DNA from: a virus
DNA length: 39,663 bases
Virus record (IMG/VR): IMGVR_UViG_3300045988_057690
Span: 1 to 39,663 of that record
Strand: one strand, 5' to 3'
The notes under the pieces were generated by a model that made no database searches, was not told the DNA's origin, and saw only the letters and a list, made by a program, of their open reading frames with translations. The number at the start of each line of letters is the position of its first letter. Within the stretch, counting starts at the first letter, position 1. Below, one piece after another: positions 9,212 to 18,576 of this stretch. The position numbers were made by a program, and so were the translations under genes.

Positions 9212-9630
9212 TGGGACTGAGCTTTACCGTGGACACCAGCGGCATGACGGCAATCAAGGAGACCATCGAGACCGCCTCCGAGCGGGCGGAGCACATCCTG
9301 GCTATCCAGGTGGAGAAGGACACCATCCCGTTTGTCCCGATGCGAGAGGGCGACCTGACACGCAGAACACGTGTTGTTGGATCGGACATCATCTACCCTG
9401 GGCCGACATCCAAATATTTGTATTTTGGAAAGCTCATGGTGGACCCCAACACCGGGAGTTCCTTCGCCCCGAAGGGAGGAACAAAAGTCCTGACGGACCG
9501 GAATCTTGTGTTCAGGCGAGACCATCACCAACAGGCACAATCCCACTGGTTCGAGGCATCCAAGGCCCAAAACCTTGAAAAATGGCTAAGAATTGCCGGA
9601 AAGCTGGTGAAAAATGGCGGAAAAAGCTAA
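9211..9630 (+). CDS. Neck / minor capsid-type (tail-joining) protein
   Basis: 139 aa, ATGA-type coupling with the upstream gene. Function assigned by position. Confidence 0.55.
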   Translation: MGLSFTVDTSGMTAIKETIETASERAEHILAIQVEKDTIPFVPMREGDLTRRTRVVGSDIIYPGPTSKYLYFGKLMVDPNTGSSFAPKGGTKVLTDRNLVFRRDHHQQAQSHWFEASKAQNLEKWLRIAGKLVKNGGKS

Positions 9631-10066
9631 GAGAGCAGTCCCGGCAGCGGAGGAGGACCAGGTGTCCCGAAAGCTGCTGGTCTGGCTCAATACCTTCCCT
9701 GACAAGCCGGTAGACATCATCCGGTTTGAGTTTCTTCCCGAGGATACCGCCGCCATGGCCTTGTCCACTATCCAGGCCACCTATATCATGCGGCGTTATA
9801 TCCTGGGCGGATATCAGGCGGAATATCAATTTAAGGTGATATACCGCCTGAAACCCGGCAACAGCAACGATAAACGGCTCAGAGCTGACGAAATTCTGAA
9901 TGCACTAGGTGATTGGGCGGCCAGTGAGGCCATGCCAGACATCGGAGAGGGCAGAAGGGTCATCCGCATCGAGCCGACAACCAGGTCCTCCCTGTTTGCG
10001 ATGTATGAGAACGGGGATGAGGACCACCAAATCCTTATGAAAATGGAATACGAGGTGAACGTATAG
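9614..10066 (+). CDS. Tail completion / neck protein
   Basis: 150 aa. Lies immediately before the major tail gene. Confidence 0.55.
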   Translation: MAEKAKRAVPAAEEDQVSRKLLVWLNTFPDKPVDIIRFEFLPEDTAAMALSTIQATYIMRRYILGGYQAEYQFKVIYRLKPGNSNDKRLRADEILNALGDWAASEAMPDIGEGRRVIRIEPTTRSSLFAMYENGDEDHQILMKMEYEVNV

Positions 10067-10067
10067 T

Positions 10068-10598
10068 ATGGCCGCAAAATACACGATCAAAGGCAATAAC
10101 GGCGAAGCTGTCTCACGTGATTTGATGGTTACGTACATCAACACCGGGACCGGAGAAGCCCCTGTTTGGTCTGCAATGGGCCGCACCGTAGAGGACAGCA
10201 GCGTGGACTATGACTATTCCCAGGAAAGCAAGACCGACATCCTGGGCGAGACCCACGTCACCGCCAAAACCCCCACTACTACGCAGACCTTCAGCGGTAA
10301 CAACCTCCTGGCCGGGGATGCGGTGCTGAACCACATCCTGGACATGACGGTGGTCCGCCGGAGCGTGTCCGAGGCACTGAATCAGGACCTCCTGATTGCG
10401 CACCTGTACCTGACCGACAGCGAGGGCAATGCCTTTGCCGAGCGCTGGAAGTCCTCCTCCGTGCTGCTGACCACCAACGGCGGCGCTGGCGGCGATATGC
10501 TGGCCAGCGACATCGAGGTAACTTATGGCGGCACCCGTGAGACTGGCACCGTGAAAAAGGGTGTTAGCGGTGCTCTGGAGTTTACTGCTGACACCTAA
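10068..10598 (+). CDS. Major tail (tube) protein
   Basis: 176 aa. Position before the chaperone and tape-measure genes. Confidence 0.75.
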   Translation: MAAKYTIKGNNGEAVSRDLMVTYINTGTGEAPVWSAMGRTVEDSSVDYDYSQESKTDILGETHVTAKTPTTTQTFSGNNLLAGDAVLNHILDMTVVRRSVSEALNQDLLIAHLYLTDSEGNAFAERWKSSSVLLTTNGGAGGDMLASDIEVTYGGTRETGTVKKGVSGALEFTADT

Positions 10599-10604
10599 GA
10601 CAAC

Positions 10605-10628
10605 GGGCGGGGGCCACATCCCCCGCCC
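10605..10628 (+). other. GC-rich hairpin after the major tail gene, with no U-tract
   Basis: GGGCGGGGG ccacat CCCCCGCCC. Confidence 0.4.
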
Positions 10629-10648
10629 TCAAAAGAAGGGAGAACCAC

Positions 10649-11071
10649 ATGAAAGAACTCACCGTAGAGACCGGCGTAGTTACCTACAGCATCAACGGCG
10701 GAAAGTGTACCTTGTCCTTCAATCCCACCGATTCCGTGTTCGTGGAGAGGCTTTTCGGCGTGTTCGAGGTCCTGGACAAGAAACAGGAATCCTATAATGC
10801 GGAGATGGAGAAGGACACCAGCAACCGGGAGAAGTTTGAACTGGCCCGCAAGATGGATGAGGAGATGCGGGACCTTATCAATGAGGCCCTTGGCACTGAT
10901 ATCTGCAGCGCTCTGTGCGGTGAGATGAGCATGTACGCCTTGGCTGACGGCCTTCCCGTGTGGGCGAATCTGCTGTTCGCCATCATCGACGAGATTAACA
11001 CCACCTCTGCCCGAGAGATGAAGCAGACCAACAGCCGAATTGATAAGTATCTGAAAAAGTACCACCGATGA
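10649..11071 (+). CDS. Tail assembly chaperone
   Basis: 140 aa, acidic. Lies between the tube and tape-measure genes. Confidence 0.6.
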   Translation: MKELTVETGVVTYSINGGKCTLSFNPTDSVFVERLFGVFEVLDKKQESYNAEMEKDTSNREKFELARKMDEEMRDLINEALGTDICSALCGEMSMYALADGLPVWANLLFAIIDEINTTSAREMKQTNSRIDKYLKKYHR

Positions 11072-11619
11072 ACTACTATCTGCCGACCTCTGTCGATGTC
11101 AACGGGAATGAGTATCAGATCGACACCGACTACCGTACTGTCCTTATCACTTTGGAGGCCCTATCCGACCCAGAGCTGACCGATCAGGACAAAGCAGAGG
11201 TCATGCTATCCAACTTTTTCGCCGACTTTCCTGGGAAAATGCCGCCGGAAGACTATGCAGAGGCTGTGAATCGGTGCTTCGCGTTTATCAACCTGGGGGC
11301 GGATCAAAAGGACGTGAAAAGCGGCCCTAAGTTATTGGATTGGCAGCAGGACTTCCCCCTGATCGTTGCCCCTATCAACAGGGTCATGGGCACGGAGATT
11401 CGTGCCCTGGAATATCTCCATTGGTGGACTTTTATCGCCGCCTATAACGAAATCGGAGACTGCACCTTTTCGCAGGTAGTCAACATACGCAATAAGCGGG
11501 CGATGGGCAAGCCTTTGGACAAAGGAGAACGAGAATTCTACCGAAAAAACCGGGAATTAGTTGATTTTCAGAAGAAATACACATCGGAAGATGATGAACT
11601 TATCAGCAAGTGGGTGTAA
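11068..11619 (+). CDS. Gp15-family protein (second tail chaperone position)
   Basis: 183 aa. MNYYLPTSVDVNGNEYQIDTDYRTVL resembles the Bacteriophage Gp15 family (recalled). ATGA overlap with the previous ORF. Confidence 0.6.
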   Translation: MNYYLPTSVDVNGNEYQIDTDYRTVLITLEALSDPELTDQDKAEVMLSNFFADFPGKMPPEDYAEAVNRCFAFINLGADQKDVKSGPKLLDWQQDFPLIVAPINRVMGTEIRALEYLHWWTFIAAYNEIGDCTFSQVVNIRNKRAMGKPLDKGEREFYRKNRELVDFQKKYTSEDDELISKWV

Positions 11620-11631
11620 GGAGGTGAGACC

Positions 11632-14286
11632 ATGGCCGAGGCTGATGGGTCCGTACTCATCCACGTTGACCTGGACGATAAAGAATCCGTTACCAGGCTG
11701 AAACAGCTGGAACGGCGCATCGAGACCCTTAACAACAAAATCTATTACAAAAAGCAGGACAGATTGCCCATTGAAAAGCAAGTCTCCGAGCTGGGCGTTG
11801 CTCTCGACCAGGCAAAGGCACGGCTGGAGGAGCTGCGCTCCGCGTCCGCTGGGGACGAAGCCATTAAGGAGCAAGAGGCAACTGTAAAGGCCCTGCAAAC
11901 CCAGTTTGACCAGTCGGACAACGCCCTGAAAAGAATGGACAAGTCAATCGAGGACGGAACCCGAGAACTGGGCCGAATGTCGGACGAAGCCGGACGGCTG
12001 GCCGGAATCGTCGCCGGAATTCAGGCGAACGCTGCGGGGCTTGCCGGGGAGACCGAACAGGCCGCCTCCGCATCGGGGGCGAACGCAGACGCCACCGCCC
12101 AGGCCGCAGCCGCCGCCGGGGGCACAGCGGACAACCTGGAACGGGCCGGAGCAGCGGCGGCGGAAGCCACCGGTAAAACAGAAGGCCTGTCCGACGCGAT
12201 GAAAGAGGCGGACAAGCGGGCGGACAAGTTCACGAAGCGCATCATGGGCCTTGCAAAGCGCGTCTTTGTGTTCTCCCTCATTACCAGCGGCCTCCGCTCC
12301 GTCCGGGACTGGTTCGGCAAAGTTTACCAGACCAACGACCAGGCCACCGCCGCCGTGGGCCGCCTGAAAGGCGCTCTCATGGCTATGGTGCAGCCGCTTG
12401 TCAACGTGTTTATCCCGGTGTTTACCCGGCTGGTAAACCTCCTCACGACCCTCGCAAGCTATGGGGCGACCATCACGGCGACCCTGTTCGGCACCACAGC
12501 AGAAAAATCCGCCCAGGCGGCAAAGGGCCTGAACGAGGAGACTAAGGCCCTGGACAAGACCGGGAAAGCAGCCAAAAAGGCAGAAAAGTCCCTGGCCTCT
12601 TTCGATGAAATCAACCAGATCGGCAGCAATTCCGCGGAGGACGCAGGCGGTGGCGCAGGGGCCAGTGCAGCAGATGCGCCGGATTTTGATAGCGTGGTCG
12701 GGCAAAAGCTAGACGCACTAACCGCCATCGTGAGCGGTGCCCTCCTTGCGCTGGGTGCTATCCTGGTGTTTTCCGGGGCAAACGTGCCCCTGGGCCTGGG
12801 CCTAATGGCAATCGGTGCCCTTGGCCTGGCAGCCACCATCATGGCAAACTGGGATACCATCCAGGACGCTCTACAGGGGCCTATCGGCATCGTGACCGCC
12901 ATCATAAGCGCCGCTCTTTTGGCTATCGGTGCCATCCTTCTTTTCTCAAACGGGAATGTCGCTTTGGGCCTTGGGCTTATGGCCGCTGGTGCGGCTGGCC
13001 TAGCAACCGCCGCCTCCGTAAACTGGGGCGTGGTGCAGGAACTTTTGCAAGGGCCTATTGGGGTCGTGACAGGGCTTCTGAGTGGCGCGCTCCTTGTTTT
13101 GGGCGCGGTTCTCGCGTTCTCCAACACAAATATCCCCCTCGGGATTGCGCTTATGGCTGTCGGTGCGGCTGGCCTTGCTTCCACTATGGCCGTAAATTGG
13201 GACACCATTTCCACGTTACTGCGCGGCCCGATTGGAGAGATTTTCGCGCAAATCAGCGGAGCGCTTTTGGTAACTGGTGCAATCCTTGCGTTTTCCAACG
13301 TCAATCTCTACTTAGGCATTGCCCTTATGGCCGCCGGTGCAGTTGGCCTGGCGACCTACACCGTCGCAAATTGGGACACTATCTCCACCTTATTAAAAGG
13401 CCCTATTGGAGCGATTACCGCCCTTGTCAGCACTGCGGTTTTGATGCTGGGCGCAATCCTTGCGTTTTCGACGGTCAATATCCCCCTGGGTATTGCCCTC
13501 ATGGCCGCCGGTGCAATCGGCCTTGCCGCCACCATGACCCTCAACTGGAATACCATCGTGGAGCAACTTGGCGGGACTATATCCGCCGTTACCATCATCA
13601 TAAGTGCCGCCCTCCTGGCCCTTGGAATCATCCTCTTTTTGACTGGGGCAGCGGCTCCTTTGGGCCTGGGCATGATCGTCGCCGGGTCTGCTGGTCTCGC
13701 AAGCGCAGCGGTCCTGAATTGGGACTTTTTCAAGGACAAAATTGCCGATGTTTGCAACGGGGTCAAAGACTGGTGGAACAACAACATGGCGCAATATCTC
13801 ACCTGGGAATATTGGGCTAACCTTGGCAAGAATATCCTCGACGGTTTTGTGAATGGAATAAAGTCGAAGATTGATTCCGTTTTGAACATCGTGTCCAACG
13901 TGACGTCGAAGGTCACGGGCGCTTTTGGCGGTGCGTCAAAGAGTATTCGGAATGCCGCTTCCGGCGGCGGTTCCATCGGCACCAGGGCCTCCGCCCGGGC
14001 CATGCCGTCCATCAACACGGCCAGAATCCCCCACCTTGCCACCGGCGCAGTCATCCCCCCGAACCGCCAGTTTTTAGCGGTGCTGGGTGACCAGACGCAG
14101 GGCAATAACATTGAGGCCCCTGAATCTGCCATCGAGGCGGCGGTGGCTCGTGGCATTGCAAACAGCGGCCTGGGCAGTCAGACGGCTATCCTCCAAATTG
14201 GGGAGCAAGAGTTTGGCCGCCTGATTTACTCCCTGAACAATCAGCAGGTCCAGCGTGTGGGCATCAAATTGGGAGGTGCGACGTGA
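11632..14286 (+). CDS. Tape measure protein
   Basis: 884 aa. Coiled-coil N-terminus, then six hydrophobic Gly/Ala-rich repeats. Lies in the tail module. Confidence 0.9.
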   Translation: MAEADGSVLIHVDLDDKESVTRLKQLERRIETLNNKIYYKKQDRLPIEKQVSELGVALDQAKARLEELRSASAGDEAIKEQEATVKALQTQFDQSDNALKRMDKSIEDGTRELGRMSDEAGRLAGIVAGIQANAAGLAGETEQAASASGANADATAQAAAAAGGTADNLERAGAAAAEATGKTEGLSDAMKEADKRADKFTKRIMGLAKRVFVFSLITSGLRSVRDWFGKVYQTNDQATAAVGRLKGALMAMVQPLVNVFIPVFTRLVNLLTTLASYGATITATLFGTTAEKSAQAAKGLNEETKALDKTGKAAKKAEKSLASFDEINQIGSNSAEDAGGGAGASAADAPDFDSVVGQKLDALTAIVSGALLALGAILVFSGANVPLGLGLMAIGALGLAATIMANWDTIQDALQGPIGIVTAIISAALLAIGAILLFSNGNVALGLGLMAAGAAGLATAASVNWGVVQELLQGPIGVVTGLLSGALLVLGAVLAFSNTNIPLGIALMAVGAAGLASTMAVNWDTISTLLRGPIGEIFAQISGALLVTGAILAFSNVNLYLGIALMAAGAVGLATYTVANWDTISTLLKGPIGAITALVSTAVLMLGAILAFSTVNIPLGIALMAAGAIGLAATMTLNWNTIVEQLGGTISAVTIIISAALLALGIILFLTGAAAPLGLGMIVAGSAGLASAAVLNWDFFKDKIADVCNGVKDWWNNNMAQYLTWEYWANLGKNILDGFVNGIKSKIDSVLNIVSNVTSKVTGAFGGASKSIRNAASGGGSIGTRASARAMPSINTARIPHLATGAVIPPNRQFLAVLGDQTQGNNIEAPESAIEAAVARGIANSGLGSQTAILQIGEQEFGRLIYSLNNQQVQRVGIKLGGAT
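12715..13745 (+). repeat. Six tandem 174-bp (58-aa) coding repeats inside the tape measure gene
   Basis: The Asn-Trp codon anchor (AAYTGG) recurs at 12847, 13021, 13195, 13369, 13543 and 13717, exactly 174 nt apart. Confidence 0.9.
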
Positions 14287-14681
14287 ACTATATCAAAATC
14301 AACGGGCGTGTCTTTGATGTGAATGTCGCCATCTCGGAATATGAGGAAAATTTCAACGTCCTGGACGGCCCCAATGCGGGCCGCTCCAGTGGCGTGGGCC
14401 GGATGATTCGGGACGTGCTCGGGTGCTGCATCGGCCACAAGGTCACAGTGTTCCGCCGGGGCAATGATTACAAGGGATACGATGAGTTTTGGAACTACCT
14501 GAAAGCCCACTCCGTAGACGATTCCGTGCAGCTGGAGGCCGCCGATGGACAGAAAACCATTGCCTATCAGGCGTACTACACTAGCGCCTCACACAGCATT
14601 GAGCGGGTTGAGAACGGCATCAACTACTGGGGGGAGATATCCGTCAACTTTATCCCCATGTATCCCCAAATCACACCGTAA
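14283..14681 (+). CDS. Tail-module protein in the distal-tail (Dit) position; function uncertain
   Basis: 132 aa. GTG start overlaps the tape-measure stop codon. Confidence 0.6.
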   Translation: MNYIKINGRVFDVNVAISEYEENFNVLDGPNAGRSSGVGRMIRDVLGCCIGHKVTVFRRGNDYKGYDEFWNYLKAHSVDDSVQLEAADGQKTIAYQAYYTSASHSIERVENGINYWGEISVNFIPMYPQITP

Positions 14682-14693
14682 GGGGGGATAAGG

Positions 14694-16739
14694 TTGGATT
14701 ATATCAAAATCGGGGACCTTATTTTCCAACGAAATCCCGCCGTGGAAAATATGCGGTTGGAATCTTGCAATATCTACAAAGAGAAGGCATTGGACAGCAC
14801 GTCCCTTGCCTTTGATACCATGTCTGCCAAACTCTACACTACCACCGCCGGGAAGGAACTGGAGGCTGTCCCCATCAACACCCCGATCATCGTATACCGG
14901 GGCGACGAAGTATATTCCACCTTTTTGATGGTCTCCGCCTCCCGGACCGGCCCATACACCTACACACTGGAGGCACAGTCTCCGTTAGGCCGCCTATCCA
15001 CCATGTCACACCCCGGCGGAATCTACACCGGCCAGCGGGTGGAGGACGTGGTGAAGGATATCTGTGGAAGTATTCCGGTCCTGGTGGAAACCATGTACGC
15101 AGACATCCGCCTGTTTGGCTGGCTCCCCTACACGAACCCGCCGCAATCCTCCGCTCGGGACAACCTTGTTCAAGTCCTCTTTGCCATTGGGGCCTATCTC
15201 TCTACGGACCTTAACGGGGTGCTCCGAGTAGAGAAACTGTGGAATGGTATTGCTTCAACTATTGATCTCTCCTATAGCGGGGGCCGGGTGAAGTACGGTG
15301 CAGCGGTGTCCGCTGTCATGGTGCTGGAACACCAGTATATTGTTGGAGAAGAGGAACAAAAGCTCTTTGAGGGCGTAGCGGCAGACGGCTACATCGTTAC
15401 CTTTGACGATCCCATGCACTCCCTGTCTGCCACCGGGTTCCGCATCCTGGATTCTGGAGCGAACTACGCAAAACTGTCTGCCGGGTCGGGTGTCCTGACG
15501 GGAAAGAAGTACATCCACAATACCCGCCAAATCATCAAATCGGTTACGGAAAACGCCGCCGAAAACGTCAAATCCATCACAAACGCGACGCTAGTATCAC
15601 AGATGAACTCTATCGCGGTGGCCCAGCGGTTAGCTGACTACTACCAGAACACCACCACGATATCCACCGGCATCGTCACCACCATGGAAAAGCCTGGCTA
15701 TGTGGTGCGGGTATATGACCCGTATGAAAAGATGATGGTCAATGCTTGTATTCAGTCACTCGACATCACTCTCTCCAACACGCTCAAGGCCACGATGGAG
15801 GCTATGGTGGGCTATATCCCGCCGAATGACATTGGCGACTACTACGACGCAGTGGACATCATCACCTCGGACACGACATGGACCTCCCCTGTTGACGGTG
15901 AAATCACCGTTGTTGTGGTCGGAGGCGGCGACGGCGGCCAGGGCGGCGGAGCCGGACAGCACAATAACGGCGGCAACAACTACTATATCGAATCCGGTGG
16001 TATTGCCGGTCTTCCTGGCCCTGGGGGTAAGATTTACCGGGCCGTGCTCAATGTCACACTCGGACAACAGTTTGCGGTTCACGTTGGGCCGGGCGGCATC
16101 GGCGGCGACCCTGGCACGTCGAATGGTGAAGAAGGTTCCCTGGGTACGGAGGGCGGAGCGACAACCTTTGGTTCCCTTTCCTCTGCCAACGGATCCAGCC
16201 TGGAAAACGGATGGGTGGACCCAACCACGCTCCGAGGGTTTGGTCTCCCCGGAAATCCCGGCGTCAATGGCGCACACGGCGGCAAGAGCGCCCAAAAGGG
16301 CGATGACGTGGAGTTTGGCGGCAAGACCTACACCGGCGGCGACCCGGGCCGTGCAAACGGCGGCACCGGCGGTGGCGGCGGCGGCGCTGCTGTGGGCAGT
16401 CCGGGCTTTAAGGGCGACGACGGCAGCGTGGACAAGGACGGCACCAAAAACGGCGGCAAGGGCGGCGACGGCGGCCCGGCCACCATCCCCGGCGCAGACG
16501 GCACGGACTACGGCTGTTCCGGCAGCGGCGGCCACGGCGGCGGCGGCGGCGGTCAGGGCGGCACGGCCCGATTTTCTTACGGCGGCGGCAACGGGGCAGC
16601 TGGTTCACGGGGCGGCAACGGGAAGCCGGGGGTCGTGCTGTTGTACTACCGGCAGCCCCGGCAGACAGTGAGCGGCTGGGGCGTGACCAGCAAGGGACAG
16701 TGGCGGCTGGATAAGTATGGGCGGCGGTGCATTGTGTAG
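14694..16739 (+). CDS. Tail tip (Tal-position) protein with a C-terminal glycine-rich domain
   Basis: 681 aa, TTG start. The C-terminal ~250 aa are very Gly-rich (GGGDGGQGGGAG...GGHGGGGGGQGG). Confidence 0.75.
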   Translation: MDYIKIGDLIFQRNPAVENMRLESCNIYKEKALDSTSLAFDTMSAKLYTTTAGKELEAVPINTPIIVYRGDEVYSTFLMVSASRTGPYTYTLEAQSPLGRLSTMSHPGGIYTGQRVEDVVKDICGSIPVLVETMYADIRLFGWLPYTNPPQSSARDNLVQVLFAIGAYLSTDLNGVLRVEKLWNGIASTIDLSYSGGRVKYGAAVSAVMVLEHQYIVGEEEQKLFEGVAADGYIVTFDDPMHSLSATGFRILDSGANYAKLSAGSGVLTGKKYIHNTRQIIKSVTENAAENVKSITNATLVSQMNSIAVAQRLADYYQNTTTISTGIVTTMEKPGYVVRVYDPYEKMMVNACIQSLDITLSNTLKATMEAMVGYIPPNDIGDYYDAVDIITSDTTWTSPVDGEITVVVVGGGDGGQGGGAGQHNNGGNNYYIESGGIAGLPGPGGKIYRAVLNVTLGQQFAVHVGPGGIGGDPGTSNGEEGSLGTEGGATTFGSLSSANGSSLENGWVDPTTLRGFGLPGNPGVNGAHGGKSAQKGDDVEFGGKTYTGGDPGRANGGTGGGGGGAAVGSPGFKGDDGSVDKDGTKNGGKGGDGGPATIPGADGTDYGCSGSGGHGGGGGGQGGTARFSYGGGNGAAGSRGGNGKPGVVLLYYRQPRQTVSGWGVTSKGQWRLDKYGRRCIV

Positions 16740-16970
16740 GCCCTCTCAGTCAGCTGCGCTGACAGCTAGCCCTATCCCTTTTGTCCCTTCGGGACATTTC
16801 CCCTTGACAAGGGGAATCGGCCTTTGACAAGGGAGCCAGCCCTCTCAGTCAGCTGCGCTGACAGCTCCCCCAAAGGGGGAGCCAAGGGACGGGGGGACGG
16901 CGGGCGGCTGATAGCCGCCCCTACAAGAGACCACGAAGGCGGGTGTAGGGGCGGATAGTATCCGCCCGGA
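16740..16970. repeat. Intergenic cluster of short palindromic hairpins that includes a perfect 28-bp direct repeat
   Basis: GCCCTCTCAGTCAGCTGCGCTGACAGCT at 16740-16767 and 16839-16866. Additional inverted repeats: GTCCC/GGGAC, CCCCTT/AAGGGG, CTCCCCC/GGGGGAG, GGGCGGCT/AGCCGCCC, GGGCGGATA/TATCCGCCC. Confidence 0.85.
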
Positions 16971-16987
16971 CGATGAAGGAGGTAAAC

Positions 16988-17974
16988 ATGCCAACGGTAG
17001 AAGAACGACTTGCGGCGCTGGAGACCAAACTGGCCGCCCTGACGGAAACAACGCCCACGACCTATTACGAGCACCAATACTCCGGGGAGGAGATCGACAA
17101 CGCCGTCGCCCGCGCCCTGCCCAACGGGGCAATCGACCAGGCAGCGGGCACGTTTGTGCGGCCGAATTTGCTGGATAACTGGTATTTCGGGCGGCCGGTG
17201 AACCAGAGGGGGAAGAGTGAGTATACGGGGTCTGGGTATACGGTGGATAGATGGACAGCGAAAGAAGGAGTTGTCTCTCTATCGTCCGGTGGGCTGACCT
17301 TGCAAAACAGTACGTGGCTCGACCAAATAATCGAAAATCTCATTGAAAACCGCATCTATACGATATCGCTTTTGACTGCTAACGGAGTGCTCCTCGCTGG
17401 GACAGGACTACTCAACAAAGACAGTTTTATTTCCGTCCGAATTGATGGTGGCGGGTACATTGACATTTCTTATCATGCGGATGTATCCGGATACTACGTG
17501 GAGCTGGCGAGAGCGGATGCTGCCCAGCCACTTAGCATCCTCGCCGCCAAGCTGGAACTCGGCCCCACCCAGACCCTGGCGCATCGGGAGGGCGACCGGT
17601 GGGCGCTCAATGAGGTGCCGGACTATGGGGAGCAGCTGCGGAGGTGTCAGAGGTACTATATCAAGTATGATACCATCAAAGCAAATGGGTACATCTCTAA
17701 CGCTGCAAAATCGTACTATATGCCGATTTTTCTGCCGGAGGCCCTGCGCACCACCCCGACAATACTTGGTACGCCTAAAATCCGCGTGCGATTTAACGGC
17801 GGTTACAGTTCGAAATTTGTCGGCGGCACGTTCACCGCGCCGGACAGTTGGGGGGTCACGGCTATATCGGCAAATGCTGTCACTTTGGCATTTAATGTAA
17901 ACACAGCAGTTGATCCCAATAACATACCGGTATCCATAGAGGTGGAGGGCCTTGAGCTATCTGCCGAGCTATAA
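16988..17974 (+). CDS. Tail fibre / receptor-binding protein
   Basis: GAAGGAGG RBS before ATG 16988. N-terminal coiled coil (VEERLAALETKLAAL). Last gene of the tail module. Confidence 0.65.
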   Translation: MPTVEERLAALETKLAALTETTPTTYYEHQYSGEEIDNAVARALPNGAIDQAAGTFVRPNLLDNWYFGRPVNQRGKSEYTGSGYTVDRWTAKEGVVSLSSGGLTLQNSTWLDQIIENLIENRIYTISLLTANGVLLAGTGLLNKDSFISVRIDGGGYIDISYHADVSGYYVELARADAAQPLSILAAKLELGPTQTLAHREGDRWALNEVPDYGEQLRRCQRYYIKYDTIKANGYISNAAKSYYMPIFLPEALRTTPTILGTPKIRVRFNGGYSSKFVGGTFTAPDSWGVTAISANAVTLAFNVNTAVDPNNIPVSIEVEGLELSAEL

Positions 17975-17989
17975 AGAGGAGATAACAAC

Positions 17990-18268
17990 ATGGATATTAA
18001 GCTGCATGGGGCCCAGGCCCCCAAGAGCCGGGTGTATATCCTGACGGACGAGGCCGGGCGGGTGCTGCGGCTGGAGGGGGAGTATTCCCTCCCTGCCGAC
18101 CTGACCGGCTGGATCCTCATCGAGGAGGGACCAGCCTGCGACCGGCTCAATCTGGCGCAGAGCCACTATCTGGACGGCCCCCTGTACGACTACCAGGGCC
18201 GCCCCCGGTACCGGTGGGACGGGGTGGCCCTCCAGGCCATCGACTACGACGCGGAGGTGGGAGTGTGA
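17990..18268 (+). CDS. Hypothetical protein (fibre-associated position)
   Basis: 92 aa ORF with RBS AAGAGGAG. Confidence 0.55.
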   Translation: MDIKLHGAQAPKSRVYILTDEAGRVLRLEGEYSLPADLTGWILIEEGPACDRLNLAQSHYLDGPLYDYQGRPRYRWDGVALQAIDYDAEVGV

Positions 18269-18576
18269 CCATCTGGGAAACGCTGACGGCCTGCGCCTGC
18301 TCCTCCGGCCTCACCGGCCTGGTGCTGGCCCTACTCCAGCGCCACTGGAGCCGCCAGGACAAGCAGGACTGCATCGTCAACGCCCTCAAGGTGCTGACGG
18401 TGGACCGGGTGAGGTATTTGGCCCGGTGCTACATCAAGGACGAGGACGTCTCCCTGGAGGACAAGGAGAATTTGCAGGACATGCACCGGGCCTATAAGGC
18501 CCTGGGGGGCAACGGGCATCTGGATACCGCCATGGAGGCGGTGGAGAAGCTGCCCATCCGCAATGAAGGGAGGTGA
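18265..18576 (+). CDS. Membrane-anchored hypothetical protein (lysis-cassette position)
   Basis: GTG 18265 after GGAGGTGGGAG. N-terminal hydrophobic helix (LTACACSSGLTGLVLALL). Confidence 0.55.
   Translation: MTIWETLTACACSSGLTGLVLALLQRHWSRQDKQDCIVNALKVLTVDRVRYLARCYIKDEDVSLEDKENLQDMHRAYKALGGNGHLDTAMEAVEKLPIRNEGR

Noticed and set aside
10649-11619. A programmed -1 frameshift joining the two tail chaperone ORFs
   Set aside because: The two ORFs are joined by a simple ATGA stop/start overlap. I saw no slippery heptamer near the end of the first ORF, and the second ORF looks like an independent Gp15-family gene.
12715-13745. Regular 174-bp repeats considered as a possible CRISPR-like or satellite array
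   Set aside because: The repeats are in frame within the tape measure ORF, have no spacer/repeat architecture, and encode a consistent 58-aa unit.
15742-16671. An alternative-frame 309-aa ORF and a 259-aa antisense ORF inside the glycine-rich part of the tail tip gene
   Set aside because: They are by-products of GGN-repeat coding DNA (Ala/Arg/Thr runs). The frame that continues from the N-terminal tail domain is the real one.
16988-17974. A diversity-generating retroelement targeting the fibre gene
   Set aside because: There is no reverse transcriptase gene and no template-repeat copy of the fibre C-terminus anywhere in this complete genome.
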